Positions 35,791-45,942 of a stretch of 64,000 nt of DNA are shown here, piece by piece. The notes under the pieces were generated by a model. It did not search any database and was not told the origin of the DNA. It saw only the letters and a list, made by a program, of their open reading frames with translations. This DNA is from an uncultured Alphaproteobacteria bacterium (GTDB lineage Bacteria > Pseudomonadota > Alphaproteobacteria > Caulobacterales > Hyphomonadaceae): contig CAVQYJ010000008.1 in assembly GCA_963718145.1 (NCBI GenBank), forward strand, positions 87,066 to 151,065. Direction: 5' to 3'. How positions within the stretch are numbered: the first letter of the stretch is position 1; each line of letters begins with the position of its first letter. The position numbers were made by a program, and so were the translations under genes.

Positions 35791-36058
35791 AGATGCGCCC
35801 GGAAATCCTGTCTAAGTCAAAGCGTAACACCCAAAGTTGTCGGGTCAAACCGATAGAGCGAACCGCGCGAGCCGAAGTTTGGGCGGCGCGCGAGGAGGCG
35901 GGTTGACCATGCCTTGGAGAAAGGCGCCGGAACCCCTTTCGCCGTGGTGCGGCAAAAGCGGGCTTCTGGAATCGCCGGGAAGAGGCTACAGGGGGCATGC
36001 CGGGCTTTGCTGCGGCTGCTCACTGATCCTATATCCTAGGTCTTCGGAGACGCCCCCC

Positions 36059-36919
36059 ATGCAGCTTGGCTCACTTGCACGCTGGATCAAGCGCGATTCC
36101 CCCTTATGGGAGGGCGAGCTGTTCACAGTTTCCGTCGAAGGGCCGAAGGACGGCCGCGACGTGATCTTCGTCCACGGCCTCGCGGCGTCGCCCGAATGCT
36201 GGGAGGGCGTGGTCGACCACCTGTCCGGGGCGCGGTCTCACCTGCTTCACATGAGGGGGTTCGCCGGTCTGCCGGCGAGCGGCTTTCGCGAGCCGATGAA
36301 CTTCCTCAAGCCCATGGCCGATGCCGTGGCCGGCTACATCCGAACGCTGAAGGCCGGCCCCGTGGCAGTCGTCGGCCATTCGATGGGCGGGATCGTCTGC
36401 CTGATCCTGGCGCGGGATCATCCCGACGTGGTCGGCCGGCTGATGGTGGTCGATGTGCCGGCCTTCTTCTCCGTGCTGATCAATCCCTTCGCCACCGCCG
36501 GTAATGTGGCGCACCTCGCCGAGCATTCTCGCCGCAGCTATTTCGAGAAGTCGGGCAAGGCGGCGGAGGAAGACCTGCGCCGCTCGGCCGACAAGCTGGT
36601 CGGCGATCCGGAGACAGTGCAGCGCATCGTCTCCTGGGGCCTGGCCTCCGACCGGGGCGTCACGGCCGACGTGATGGCAGAGGTGATGGTGACCGACCTG
36701 CGCGGCGACGTGGCCCGCATCGAGGCGCCCGTCGACGTGATCTATGCATGGGACCAGTCGGGCCACGCCACGCGCATGGGGCTCGACCAGGCCTATGGAT
36801 CTTCCTATTCGAAGCTGAAGGGCGCGCGGCTGCAGCGCATCGACCAGGCGCGGCATTACGTCATGTTCGACCAGCCAGACATCTTCTACAATGCCGTGCG
36901 CGACTGGCTGGCCCGCTAG
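36059..36919 (+). CDS. alpha/beta hydrolase
   Basis: 'VIFVHGLAASPECW' and nucleophile elbow 'VVGHSMGG'. It lies directly upstream of phaR. Confidence 0.75.
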   Translation: MQLGSLARWIKRDSPLWEGELFTVSVEGPKDGRDVIFVHGLAASPECWEGVVDHLSGARSHLLHMRGFAGLPASGFREPMNFLKPMADAVAGYIRTLKAGPVAVVGHSMGGIVCLILARDHPDVVGRLMVVDVPAFFSVLINPFATAGNVAHLAEHSRRSYFEKSGKAAEEDLRRSADKLVGDPETVQRIVSWGLASDRGVTADVMAEVMVTDLRGDVARIEAPVDVIYAWDQSGHATRMGLDQAYGSSYSKLKGARLQRIDQARHYVMFDQPDIFYNAVRDWLAR

Positions 36920-36925
36920 AGACGA

Positions 36926-37531
36926 ATGAGCATGAGCGAACCTGAAACCATCGAGCTGCGCCGCTATCCGAGCCGGAAGCTCTACAACAAGAATTCATCG
37001 AGCTATGTGCGCCTGCCCGAGGTCGCCGAAATGGTGCGGCGCGGGGCGAACATCCGCGTGGAAGACACCGAGACCGGCGAGGACGTGACCCGCGCCGTTC
37101 TGCTGCAGATCATCCTTGAACAGGAAAACCAGACGGCGGGCACGATGCTGTCGGCCGACCTGATGATGGACATGATCCGCCTGCACCAGTCCAAGGCGTC
37201 GGAGATGATGACCGGCCTGTTCGAACAGTCGGTGGCGTTCATCCGCTCGCAGCAGGAACAGCTCGCGACCTCGATGTCGACGACAATGGTCCAGCCCTGG
37301 AACGTGTTCGATCCCAACGCGATGCAGGAGATGCAGCGAGAATACCAGAAACGACTCGCCAGCTTCTGGAGCGGGGGCATGCAGATGCCCGGTATGGGCG
37401 CCGCCATGCCCGGCATGTCCAGCGCACCCAAGAAGGCCGAGGCGGCAGGCGTCACGACTGCCGAAGCCGCCGAGCTGCAAGCCCTCCGCTCGCGGCTGGA
37501 AGAGCTGGAAAAGAAGGTGGCGAAGAAGTAG
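36926..37531 (+). CDS. phaR: polyhydroxyalkanoate synthesis repressor PhaR
   Basis: 'ELRRYPSRKLYNKNSSSYVRLPEVAEMVRRGANIRVEDTETGEDVTRAVLLQIILEQE' is the PhaR N-terminal pattern. Confidence 0.9.
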   Translation: MSMSEPETIELRRYPSRKLYNKNSSSYVRLPEVAEMVRRGANIRVEDTETGEDVTRAVLLQIILEQENQTAGTMLSADLMMDMIRLHQSKASEMMTGLFEQSVAFIRSQQEQLATSMSTTMVQPWNVFDPNAMQEMQREYQKRLASFWSGGMQMPGMGAAMPGMSSAPKKAEAAGVTTAEAAELQALRSRLEELEKKVAKK

Positions 37532-37564
37532 GGCGTGCCGCCCCGCGATCCCGCTTGACCTGCC

Positions 37565-39718
37565 CTATTTCCTCCCCACCCGGTAATCGCGCGTCGCTTC
37601 CTTCAACAGGGCGTCGAGCGCCATGGGCGGGCGTTTGAACTGCTCGTTGGCGAACAGCGGCGCCTGGTCGGCAAAGTGCGGCGAGGATGCGTCCCTCGTC
37701 GCCGAGCCGTACTGGTGGATGGTGTCCAGCGTGTAGGCGCCATCCGGCGCCCAGTCCGCGATCAGGACATAGGTGTCGCCCGCCGTGCCGTGTCGGAACT
37801 TGTCCCTCGCGAGATCACCCGTGGTGTAGACGGCGCGCAGCGTGTCCGGGCCGCCATTGGTCGGCCAGGAGTTCGCTCCGCGCTGGATGCGGCTGACCTC
37901 GCCCCATGTGGGATCGGTTCGGCCGGTTGCGGATCTGAGCAGGGCGGCAGTCTCCACGAGGGCGGCCTGGGCCCGCGTCTGGTCATACTCGCCATTGATC
38001 TGGCCGCCCATCGCCCTCTGCGCTGTGAAGATGGCGAGCGCCGCGTGACGATTGTCCTTGTCAGCCGAGCCGTCCCAGCCCGAGAGCTGGTCGATCAGCG
38101 TCTGCACGCTGGCGTCGTTCGAGCCCTCCGCAACGAGGGCCTCGATCATGCCGTGGATGTTCGAGTCGATCGAATAGATATGGTCCATCTTGTAATCGAT
38201 GAACTCCTCGCGGGTGATGGACGTGTCCTTGCCGTACAGCTCCTGGGCGCGCAGGCCGCGATTGGTGAGATTGGTGTCGATGCCGAAGCTGGCGGGATAG
38301 TTTTCGGGCTTCGGATTGTCTTCCTCCGACGAAGCGAGGAAGGGCGTGTGGTTGGAATTCTCGACCCAGCCCGATTTGGGGTTGATCACCGAGGGCAGCG
38401 CCTCGACCGGCGCCCAGCCCTTCCACAGCGTTTCAGAAATATCGCCAGGGAGGATTTTCTTGCGGTCCCAGCCCTCGACGCGCTTCGGCATGTGGGCGTT
38501 CCAGAAATAGGCGATGTGGCCGCCCGAGTCGGCGACAACATAGTTCACGCTCGGGATCGCATTGTATCTGACCTGCGCCGCGCGCCACTCATCGACCGTC
38601 TTCGCGGTGTTCATGGCGAGATACTGGTCGAGATACTCAAATTCCCCGGCGCCGGAGAACGAGACGGCGAAGACGCCTCTTGGCGTCACGAACACCGGTC
38701 CATGCTCGGACCAGTAGCCCATGTGCTCAACAGGAAAGAGCGCGCCGTCCCTGAGCACGTTGTACCGGATGGGGTGGCGGGTCAGGTCCTTCCACGCACC
38801 GTCCATGCGGTATTTCGTGGGCGTCTTCTCGTTGTCGACCACGAGCAGATAAGTGTCGAAGAGATCCGGCCTGTTGACCGTTGCGGCCCAGCCGAGCTTT
38901 GGCCCGGCGCCGTGCAGGATCAGCGGCGTTCCGGGGAAGACGCCGCCGATGATGTCGATCCCTTCCTCCGACTTGAGTCGCGCCTCGTACCAGGCGACAC
39001 GGCCTTCATAGGGCTGGTGCGAGTTGACCGCGAGGCGCGTGTGGCCGTCTGCGGCGCGCGAGGGCGCAACCGCAATGGCGTTGGACCCGAGTTCGATGTC
39101 GTCGGGCGTTCCGAGATAGGCCTCGCGGACCGACTTGGTCGACATCTCCAGGGAGGCGCGGCCGGAAGTCAGCGCGTCGATCTCGCCATCGAGGCCGTAG
39201 AAGGTCGGCGGCCGGTTAGCGTAGCCGGCGATGATATCGCGGCCATGGACCGGCGCAGTGCGGGCGCAGGCAGTTTCCGGGTGGTCTGCACACCAGAGGT
39301 TGAGGCCTGCTGCGTAACCTTCCGCGATGGCCTTCGCCTTTGCCGAAGTCCTGGTCTCGTAGTCGCGGTTGATGATCTGGGTGTTGCCGAGGGCGAGGAT
39401 GAACTCGTCGGACTTCGCGCCGTCCGGCCCGGTGATCTCGGCCAGCGTGCCGCGGTTGGAACGGACGACTTCCTCGATGGTCTTCCAGTCATCCTCGGAG
39501 TGCGCATAGGCGAGGCCGAAGGCGACATCGGCGTTGCGCTTGCCGTAAATGTGCGGGACGCCGAACCGGTCGCGGAAGATGCGAGCGTCGTACGTCGCGG
39601 CGGCGGCGCGGGCTGCGGCGGGAGAGAAGTTGGCGCTTGCTTGCGGAGCTGACGCGCCGGTTGCGCAGCCGCCAACTACGACAAGCGCTGCGGCGAGCGC
39701 CGGTTTCAGGATGGCCAT
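37565..39718 (-). CDS. penicillin/acyl-homoserine-lactone acylase family (Ntn hydrolase), secreted
   Basis: Signal 'MAILKPALAAALVVVGGCATG', 'FRDRFGVPHIYG', and the autoprocessing site 'LGSNAIAVAPSRAADGHTRLAVNSHQP'. Confidence 0.85.
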   Translation of the reverse strand: MAILKPALAAALVVVGGCATGASAPQASANFSPAAARAAAATYDARIFRDRFGVPHIYGKRNADVAFGLAYAHSEDDWKTIEEVVRSNRGTLAEITGPDGAKSDEFILALGNTQIINRDYETRTSAKAKAIAEGYAAGLNLWCADHPETACARTAPVHGRDIIAGYANRPPTFYGLDGEIDALTSGRASLEMSTKSVREAYLGTPDDIELGSNAIAVAPSRAADGHTRLAVNSHQPYEGRVAWYEARLKSEEGIDIIGGVFPGTPLILHGAGPKLGWAATVNRPDLFDTYLLVVDNEKTPTKYRMDGAWKDLTRHPIRYNVLRDGALFPVEHMGYWSEHGPVFVTPRGVFAVSFSGAGEFEYLDQYLAMNTAKTVDEWRAAQVRYNAIPSVNYVVADSGGHIAYFWNAHMPKRVEGWDRKKILPGDISETLWKGWAPVEALPSVINPKSGWVENSNHTPFLASSEEDNPKPENYPASFGIDTNLTNRGLRAQELYGKDTSITREEFIDYKMDHIYSIDSNIHGMIEALVAEGSNDASVQTLIDQLSGWDGSADKDNRHAALAIFTAQRAMGGQINGEYDQTRAQAALVETAALLRSATGRTDPTWGEVSRIQRGANSWPTNGGPDTLRAVYTTGDLARDKFRHGTAGDTYVLIADWAPDGAYTLDTIHQYGSATRDASSPHFADQAPLFANEQFKRPPMALDALLKEATRDYRVGRK

Positions 39719-39789
39719 GGCGTCTTCCCCTTTTTCGGAAGGGTAACGCCGTGGCGAGTGCAGCGCCAGCACGCCAGGACGGCCAGGCG

Positions 39790-41226
39790 CTAGAAGGCCT
39801 TTTCGCCCACGCGCTTCAGCACGTCGGCGGCGAACTCGGAGAGCGTGTCGTCGCGGGCCCCCATGATGATAATGATATCGCCGGGCTGGGACATTTCGAC
39901 GAGCCTGTCGCCGCAGGCGGTGCGGTCGGGAAGCGCAATCGCAGTCTTGCCCTTGGCGGTGACGCCTTCGACGATGACGCCTGAGCCCATCGAGCGATCC
40001 ACCGTTCCGCCGAAATAGGCAGGCTCGGGCATCACGAGGATGTCCTTCGCAGCGAGGTCGCGCGCGAACATGTCGATCAGCTCAGTCTTCATCTGGCGGA
40101 TCGGGCCATAGCCATGTGGCTGCCACATCACCAGCAGCCGACCGGGGAATTGGTGCAGCGTGGCAAGAGTCGCCGCGATCTTGTCGGGGTTGTGCCCGAA
40201 GTCGTCGATGACGGTGATGTCCTTCCTTGTGCCGACCACTTCGAGGCGGCGGCGGATACCGACGAAGTTCATCAGGGCGAGGGTCGCCTCGCGCAGAGAC
40301 ACCCCGCAGGCGCGGGCGGCGGCGATGGCGGCGAGGCCGTTGGAGAGGTTGTGGCGGCCCGGTGTCTGCAGGCAGATGCGCTGCTTCTCGCCGGAGGTCC
40401 TCTCCGTGACAATGCACGACATGCCGTCGGGCTGCGTGATCAGGTCGGAGATGCAGAAGTCCGCGCTGGTATCCGTCAGCGAATAGGTGAGAGCGTTGGG
40501 GTGGTTGACCTGCCCGGCCAGGCGCTTCGCCTCGTCATTGTCGAGATTGAGGATGGCGACCTGCGCCTTCGAAACGAAGTCTGTGAAGAGGCGGCGCAGC
40601 TCGTCCATCGATTTGTGGTCGAGTGCGATATTGTTGAGTACGGCGATGGTGGGAGTGTAGAGCGCGATGGAGCCGTCGCTCTCGTCGACCTCCGACACGA
40701 ACACGTCGCCCTCGCCGACGATGGCGGAGGCGAATGGCGCATCGCCCGCGACGAAGTTCTTCATCACCGCGCCGTTCATCACGGTGGGATCGCGGCGGGT
40801 GGCGTAGAGGATCCAGCCGATCATGCCGGTGGTGGTCGACTTGCCCGACGTGCCGCCGACAGCGATCGAGACTTTCGCGGAATTGACCAGTTCGGCCAGA
40901 AGCTGCGGGCGGGTGACCCGCGCTGCGCCGACCCGTTTCGCGGCGACAATATCGGGCACCGTCTCCTCGATGGCGGCGGAGACGACAAGCAACTGCTCCT
41001 TGCGCGTGACGCCGGATCCGTCCTGCGGGTGGAGGCCAATGCCGCGCGCCTTGAGGAAGTCGAATTTCGAGGCGGTGCGGCCGGCGTCGAGCGACCGGTC
41101 CGAGCCCTCGACATCGTAGCCGCGCGCCTTGACGATGAGGGCCAGGGGCAGCATGCCGCTGCCGCCAATGCCGCAGAAGAAGTAGGGTCCGGAATGGGCG
41201 AGGCGAGTGGAAGGTGAGTCGGACAT
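39790..41226 (-). CDS. Mur ligase family protein (Mpl/MurC-like; murein-peptide ligase context)
   Basis: 'FFCGIGGSGMLPLALIVKARGYDVEGSD', P-loop 'VGGTSGKSTTTGMI', and 'DFGHNPDKI'. It is divergent from an LD-carboxypeptidase gene. Confidence 0.75.
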   Translation of the reverse strand: MSDSPSTRLAHSGPYFFCGIGGSGMLPLALIVKARGYDVEGSDRSLDAGRTASKFDFLKARGIGLHPQDGSGVTRKEQLLVVSAAIEETVPDIVAAKRVGAARVTRPQLLAELVNSAKVSIAVGGTSGKSTTTGMIGWILYATRRDPTVMNGAVMKNFVAGDAPFASAIVGEGDVFVSEVDESDGSIALYTPTIAVLNNIALDHKSMDELRRLFTDFVSKAQVAILNLDNDEAKRLAGQVNHPNALTYSLTDTSADFCISDLITQPDGMSCIVTERTSGEKQRICLQTPGRHNLSNGLAAIAAARACGVSLREATLALMNFVGIRRRLEVVGTRKDITVIDDFGHNPDKIAATLATLHQFPGRLLVMWQPHGYGPIRQMKTELIDMFARDLAAKDILVMPEPAYFGGTVDRSMGSGVIVEGVTAKGKTAIALPDRTACGDRLVEMSQPGDIIIIMGARDDTLSEFAADVLKRVGEKAF

Positions 41227-41282
41227 GATCGGGGTGTCTCAGTGACGGCTTGTGGGGTCAAGTGACCCGGGAGACAGGTGCA

Positions 41283-42122
41283 ATGCCTTCCGTTGAAAAG
41301 CCGTTCCGCATCGCCTGCGTTTCGCCGGGAAACCGCATGGCGAAGAGTCTGGCGGATGAGGTGGTGAAATTGGCCGCGGCCGTTTACGGGGGCCGCGTGG
41401 AGCTGCTGTTCCATCCGCAGTGCTTCCGCTCGGCGGGACATTTTGCCGGGTCGGACGAGGAGCGGATCGCGGCGGTGGTCGAGGTGGGGAATGACCCAGG
41501 GGTGGATGCGGTGTGGTTTGCGCGCGGCGGCTATGGCTCGTGCCGGGTGGCGGAGCATGCGATCCCGAAGCTGGGGGCCGAGGCGCGGCGGAAGAAATGG
41601 CTGGGCTATTCGGATATCGGCTTCGTGCTGGCGGGGCTCTATCGCGAAGGCTTCCGGCATGTGGCGCACGGGCCGATGCCGGTCGACCTGATCCGGGGCG
41701 AGGAGGGCGTGGCTGCGGTCAAGCGGTCGCTGGCCTGGCTGGTCGACGAGGCGGCCGGGTCCCTGGAGCGAGGCGTCACGCCGGGCCATCCCAACATGGC
41801 GTTCAACCTCACCATCCTCAGCCAGTTGCTGGGTACAAGCCTGGAGCCGGATTTCACGGGCCATGTGCTGATGCTCGAGGATGTGGGCGAATACATGTAC
41901 CGGATCGACCGGTATTTCTTCCATGTCACGTCCAACCCGGCGATCCGCCGGTGTGCAGGGATAAGACTGGGGCGGTGTTCCGCTGTGCCGAAGAACGACC
42001 CGGATTTCGAGCTCGGCGAGGAGGAGGTGGCGCGGTTCTGGTGCGAGCGCTCAGGCATTCCCTATCTGGGCCGCGCCGACATCGGCCATGACAGCGACAA
42101 CAAGGTGGTTCCCTTTGGATGA
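41283..42122 (+). CDS. ldcA: LD-carboxypeptidase (peptidase S66)
   Basis: 'HFAGSDEERIAAVVEVGNDPGVDAVWFARGGYGSCRV', 'LGYSDIGFV' and 'ADIGHD'. Confidence 0.8.
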   Translation: MPSVEKPFRIACVSPGNRMAKSLADEVVKLAAAVYGGRVELLFHPQCFRSAGHFAGSDEERIAAVVEVGNDPGVDAVWFARGGYGSCRVAEHAIPKLGAEARRKKWLGYSDIGFVLAGLYREGFRHVAHGPMPVDLIRGEEGVAAVKRSLAWLVDEAAGSLERGVTPGHPNMAFNLTILSQLLGTSLEPDFTGHVLMLEDVGEYMYRIDRYFFHVTSNPAIRRCAGIRLGRCSAVPKNDPDFELGEEEVARFWCERSGIPYLGRADIGHDSDNKVVPFG

Positions 42123-42282
42123 GGCCCGGTCCGCGAAGTTCGCGAATTGATCCTGGGCTTCGCGAAGGACGCGGTCGCTCCCAAGTCTCGCCCAAAAAGC
42201 GAACCGGTTCCAGGACTCTGCCAGTGGCATCGCCGTTGCACCTATTTTCGCCGGATACTGTTGCCCGGATTGGAGCGCGTTA

Positions 42283-43401
42283 ATGAAGGCCGGAGCGCAC
42301 GAGACGCCGCTCTTCCTCACGCTCGACGGCATGCGCGGCATCGGCGCCGTGCTGGTCGTGTGGGGCCACACCGTCATCTTCTGGGGCGGGCCGGTCACGA
42401 CCTCGCCGCCCATCCCGTTCTGCGTCGACCTGTTCTTCATTCTCAGCGGCTATGTGATCGCCTTCGCCTATGAACCGCGCCTCGCCAACGGCATGACGCC
42501 TGCGACCTTCCTGCGCCAGCGTCTGATCCGGCTCTATCCGCTCTATTTCCTTGGCCTGATGATGGGCGCCGGGGCGTACGCCCTGGCGACCGCCGGAGAT
42601 GCCGATGGCGGGCTCGGCGAGGTCGGCCTGTCGCTGGTCCCGCAGCTCTTCATGCTGCCGTCTCCGGACCTCAACGGGTCGGGCGACCTCTATCCGCTCA
42701 ACATGCCGGGCTGGACGCTGCTGTTCGAGCTGTCGGCCAATATCGTCTATGTCTTCGCCTGGCGCTGGCTGTCGACGCGCGTGCTGATCGTGGTCGTGGC
42801 GCTGAGCGCCGCTGTGCTGGCGGCGTGCGCGATCTCCTATGGCACGCTCGACCAGGGGCCGAGCTGGTGGAATTTCTGGGGCGGCTTTGCCCGCGCGATG
42901 TTCGGTTTCTTCTGCGGCGTCCTGGCGTTCCGTATGGCTGGCCGTCCCGCGAAGCCGGTGCAGAAGCGCTCGCTCTGGGCGATTCCGGCGACCCTCGTGG
43001 TGATCGCGCTTTGCCTCATCCCGCAGACGCCCGCAACGCGACCCTTCGTCGAGCTGTTCATCGTGGTCGGCATTGGCTTCCCGCTGGTGCTGTGGGGGCA
43101 GAGCATGCAGCCGCCGGCGTGGGCGGCGGGCGTGTTCGCGAAGCTGGGCGCGATCTCCTACGCCGTCTACATGATCCACTATCCGCTGTTCGAGCTGATG
43201 AAGCGCGCCAACTGGAAATTCCCGCAGCTCTCGCACGAGCTTGCGCCGTGGACGGGCCTTGCGCTCATGGCCGTTACGCTGGCGCTGGGCTGGATCGCGG
43301 AACGCTACTACGACCGCCCCGTGCGCCGGATGCTCGCCGGCTGGACGAGGCGGCTCGACAAGCCCAGGGCGCCCGCGCCGGCGATGGTCCACGCCGAATA
43401 G
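42283..43401 (+). CDS. acyltransferase family 3 membrane protein
   Basis: 'LTLDGMRGIGAVLVVWGH', 'VDLFFILSGYVI', 'WTLLFELSANIVY' and 'ISYAVYMIHYPL'. Confidence 0.85.
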   Translation: MKAGAHETPLFLTLDGMRGIGAVLVVWGHTVIFWGGPVTTSPPIPFCVDLFFILSGYVIAFAYEPRLANGMTPATFLRQRLIRLYPLYFLGLMMGAGAYALATAGDADGGLGEVGLSLVPQLFMLPSPDLNGSGDLYPLNMPGWTLLFELSANIVYVFAWRWLSTRVLIVVVALSAAVLAACAISYGTLDQGPSWWNFWGGFARAMFGFFCGVLAFRMAGRPAKPVQKRSLWAIPATLVVIALCLIPQTPATRPFVELFIVVGIGFPLVLWGQSMQPPAWAAGVFAKLGAISYAVYMIHYPLFELMKRANWKFPQLSHELAPWTGLALMAVTLALGWIAERYYDRPVRRMLAGWTRRLDKPRAPAPAMVHAE

Positions 43402-43404
43402 GCG

Positions 43405-44181
43405 CTACTGCGCCACCCACCCGCCGTCGATCGACAGCGCCGTTCCGTTGATCTGGCTGGCGGCATCGGTCGTCAGGAACACGGCGAGCTGGGCGATGTC
43501 CTCGACCCTGACGAACTCCTTGGTCGGTTGCGCCGCCAGGATCACGTCGCGGATCACCGCCTCCGGCGTGATGCCCCGGGCCTTCGCCTGGTCGGCGATC
43601 TGCCCTTCCACCAGCGGCGTCTTCACATAGCCCGGGCAGATCGCATTGACGCGGATGCCGAAGGTCGCCCCCTCCAGCGCCGTCGTCTTGGTGAAGCCGA
43701 GCAGGCCGTGCTTGGCCGCCACGTATGCCGACTTGAAGGGGGAGGCCACCAGCGCGTGCGCCGAGGCGATGTTGATGATGCGACCCCATTTCTGCGCCTT
43801 CATGCCGGGGAAGGCGAGGCGCGTGGTGTGGAAAGACGAGGTCAGGTTGAGGTTGATGATCAAATTCCACTTGTCGACCGGGAAGTCCTCCACCGGCGAG
43901 ACGTGCTGCACGCCGGCATTGTTGACCACGATGTCGACCGCGCCGAATTTTTCCTTCGCCATGGCGAACAGCGCCTCGATCTGCTCCGGCTTCGTCATGT
44001 CGGCGCCAGAGTAGACGCAGCTCACCTTGCTGTCCTTTTCGATGCCGGAGCGGATCTTCTCGATCGCTCCCGCATCGCCAAACCCGTTGAGAACGATGTT
44101 GCAGCCCGAAGCCGCCAGCGCCCGCGCAATCCCCTCGCCGATGCCGCTGGTGGAGCCGGTGACAAGGGCGGTGCGGGGCAT
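43405..44181 (-). CDS. bdhA: 3-hydroxybutyrate dehydrogenase (SDR)
   Basis: 258 aa with 'ALVTGSTSGIGEGIARAL', 'NNAGVQHVSPVEDFP', 'SAHALVASPFKSAYVAAKHG' and 'NAICPGYVKTPLV'. Confidence 0.88.
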   Translation of the reverse strand: MPRTALVTGSTSGIGEGIARALAASGCNIVLNGFGDAGAIEKIRSGIEKDSKVSCVYSGADMTKPEQIEALFAMAKEKFGAVDIVVNNAGVQHVSPVEDFPVDKWNLIINLNLTSSFHTTRLAFPGMKAQKWGRIINIASAHALVASPFKSAYVAAKHGLLGFTKTTALEGATFGIRVNAICPGYVKTPLVEGQIADQAKARGITPEAVIRDVILAAQPTKEFVRVEDIAQLAVFLTTDAASQINGTALSIDGGWVAQ

Positions 44182-44487
44182 CCGGCGTTTCCTCTGCCGC
44201 GCCTTCCGGCGCTGTGGATCTGCGCGTGTTTCGTTCAGAGCCGCAGCGCGGGCCGCCAGCTCTTCCGGACTTAGCGTCATCGCGCTTCTTGACACCCGCC
44301 TTCTCGCTCCCGGCTTCCGCGAGCGCAAGCCGCGTTATCGATTATCGAAAAAAATCTTCAGCCAATCCCTTGTCGGCGAGGCGAGAGTGGTCACGTATTG
44401 ACGAGACGCGGGCATCGGCTCAATCCGGCGAGCGTCGCGCGCGGCGTTCGCCTGCGCGCCAGGGGTCTTTCACGAGGAGTTGCGACA

Positions 44488-45672
44488 ATGGCCGGCAGCC
44501 CGACTGCGCTTCAGTATCTCGACAAGGCGATGGGATCGTTGAGGCAGCTCGGCCTCCTGCCCGAGAAAAAGGGCGATCCTGCGCCGGTGGTGGCGCTGCT
44601 CAACCAGATCACGGACTTGCAGCCCGACAAGGTCACGGCCATCGCGCGGACGCTCGACCAGGCCTCGCACTTCAACGATGTCGTCCGCGAGCACGTCTCT
44701 GCGATCACGGTGGGCGAGCGCTACGAGGCGATCAACACCGCCTTCAACTCGATCCGCGACGACGCCAAGTCGCTCGTCGACCAGTATGCCGACGGCAAGG
44801 TCTCGACGATGGAGCGCGTCTCCAACATGTGGATGAAGTTCTCGCGCGGCGACATCGCGGCGCGGTTCGGCAAGATCAAGACGCTCTATCTCGACGTGCA
44901 GAAGGAAACCAAGCTGCAGATCGAGAAGGAACACCTGATCCTCGAAGCCTACATGGATTTCCGCGGCGCGATGAAGCAGTCGGAAGTCATGGCGCTCGAC
45001 GTGCTGAAGACGGCCGAAGGCAAGCTCGAAGCGGCCAAAGCCGTGATGACGGCGGCGTCGGATAAGGTCGCGGGCTATGTCGGCGCCGACCCGGCCGAGC
45101 GCGCCCAGCTCGAACTGGCGCGCGACGAGGAACTGCGCCGCCTGCAGGCGGAAGAGAAACGCTACCAGGTCGCCAAGGATCTCTCGGACAATCTCACGGT
45201 CGGCTACAACACGTCGGAAGTGATCATGGCGCGGCTGGTGCAGACCACCAACGCCAAGGAGCGCATCTACTCGCAGTCCGTGTCGTTCTTCGGCACCAAC
45301 GAGGTTGTGCTCACGGCGCTGACGGCGACGTTCACCGGCATGCACGGCCTGCATGAATCCACGCAGACGCTCGAAGCCATGAAGAAGGGCGTCGACCAGT
45401 CCCTCGAAGTGCTCGCCGAAATCGGCGGCAAGGTGCAGGAAGCCGCCCTCAAGGCCGGCTATGGCCCGACGATTTCCGCGGCGGCGGTCAAGAAGCTGGT
45501 CGACAGCGTCGTCAACTACCAGGAGCGCTCGATCGGCATCATCGCCGAGATGCGCAAGCTCGCGACGGCCAACTCCGCCGAAATCCGCGACGCGGTGGAA
45601 GACGGCAAGAAGCGCATGGCTCACCTCATCGAACAGGGCGCAGCCGCGGCGCTGACCATCAAGACGTCGTAG
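44488..45672 (+). CDS. coiled-coil protein, TelA/YaaN (toxic-anion-resistance)-like
   Basis: 394 aa, all-helical. Its architecture and segments resemble my memory of TelA ('FGKIKTLYLDVQKETKLQIEKEHLILEAYMDF...', 'ARLVQTTNAKERIYSQS...', 'VVNYQERSIGIIAEMRKLATANSAEIRDAVEDGKKRM'). GAGGAG lies upstream of the ATG. Confidence 0.45.
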   Translation: MAGSPTALQYLDKAMGSLRQLGLLPEKKGDPAPVVALLNQITDLQPDKVTAIARTLDQASHFNDVVREHVSAITVGERYEAINTAFNSIRDDAKSLVDQYADGKVSTMERVSNMWMKFSRGDIAARFGKIKTLYLDVQKETKLQIEKEHLILEAYMDFRGAMKQSEVMALDVLKTAEGKLEAAKAVMTAASDKVAGYVGADPAERAQLELARDEELRRLQAEEKRYQVAKDLSDNLTVGYNTSEVIMARLVQTTNAKERIYSQSVSFFGTNEVVLTALTATFTGMHGLHESTQTLEAMKKGVDQSLEVLAEIGGKVQEAALKAGYGPTISAAAVKKLVDSVVNYQERSIGIIAEMRKLATANSAEIRDAVEDGKKRMAHLIEQGAAAALTIKTS

Positions 45673-45783
45673 AATGCATGCTCGCCTACACTCCGGGACC
45701 GCCGGGCGCCTGCCCGGCAGATCGCGCGGTCGCGCGATGCCGCAGCAATGCAGCGTAGTTTCTGGAAGCGGCCTTTTGGCCGC

Positions 45784-45897
45784 GTCCCCCGCGAAGGTGG
45801 GAGTCCAGGGGCTCCAGGCGAAGTCTGTGCAACAGGCGATATGCGCCCCAGGCGAGATTGTTGACGCGGCCCCTGGGTCCCTGCCTTCGCGGAGAAC
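45784..45897. repeat. second REP/MITE-like element with 28-nt imperfect inverted arms (21/28) related to the 1073..1201 element
   Basis: The left arm GTCCCCCGCGAAGGTGGGAGTCCAGGGG (45784..45811) pairs with the reverse complement of 45870..45897 (GTTCTCCGCGAAGGCAGGGACCCAGGGG). It shares the ...CGAA.G..GGGA.(T/C)CCAGGG core with 1078..1102. Confidence 0.55.
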
Positions 45898-45942
45898 GCG
45901 GAGACCGACGTCTCCGCTTCCAGTCGGAGGCGCTGTCTTGCC

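Noticed and set aside
33991-35856. 621-aa plus-strand ORF opposite phaC
   Set aside because: It is a shadow ORF; the lipase box and PhaC motifs are on the minus strand.
37676-39652. 658-aa plus-strand ORF opposite the acylase gene
   Set aside because: It is a shadow ORF with a Gly/Arg/Val-rich, motif-free translation.
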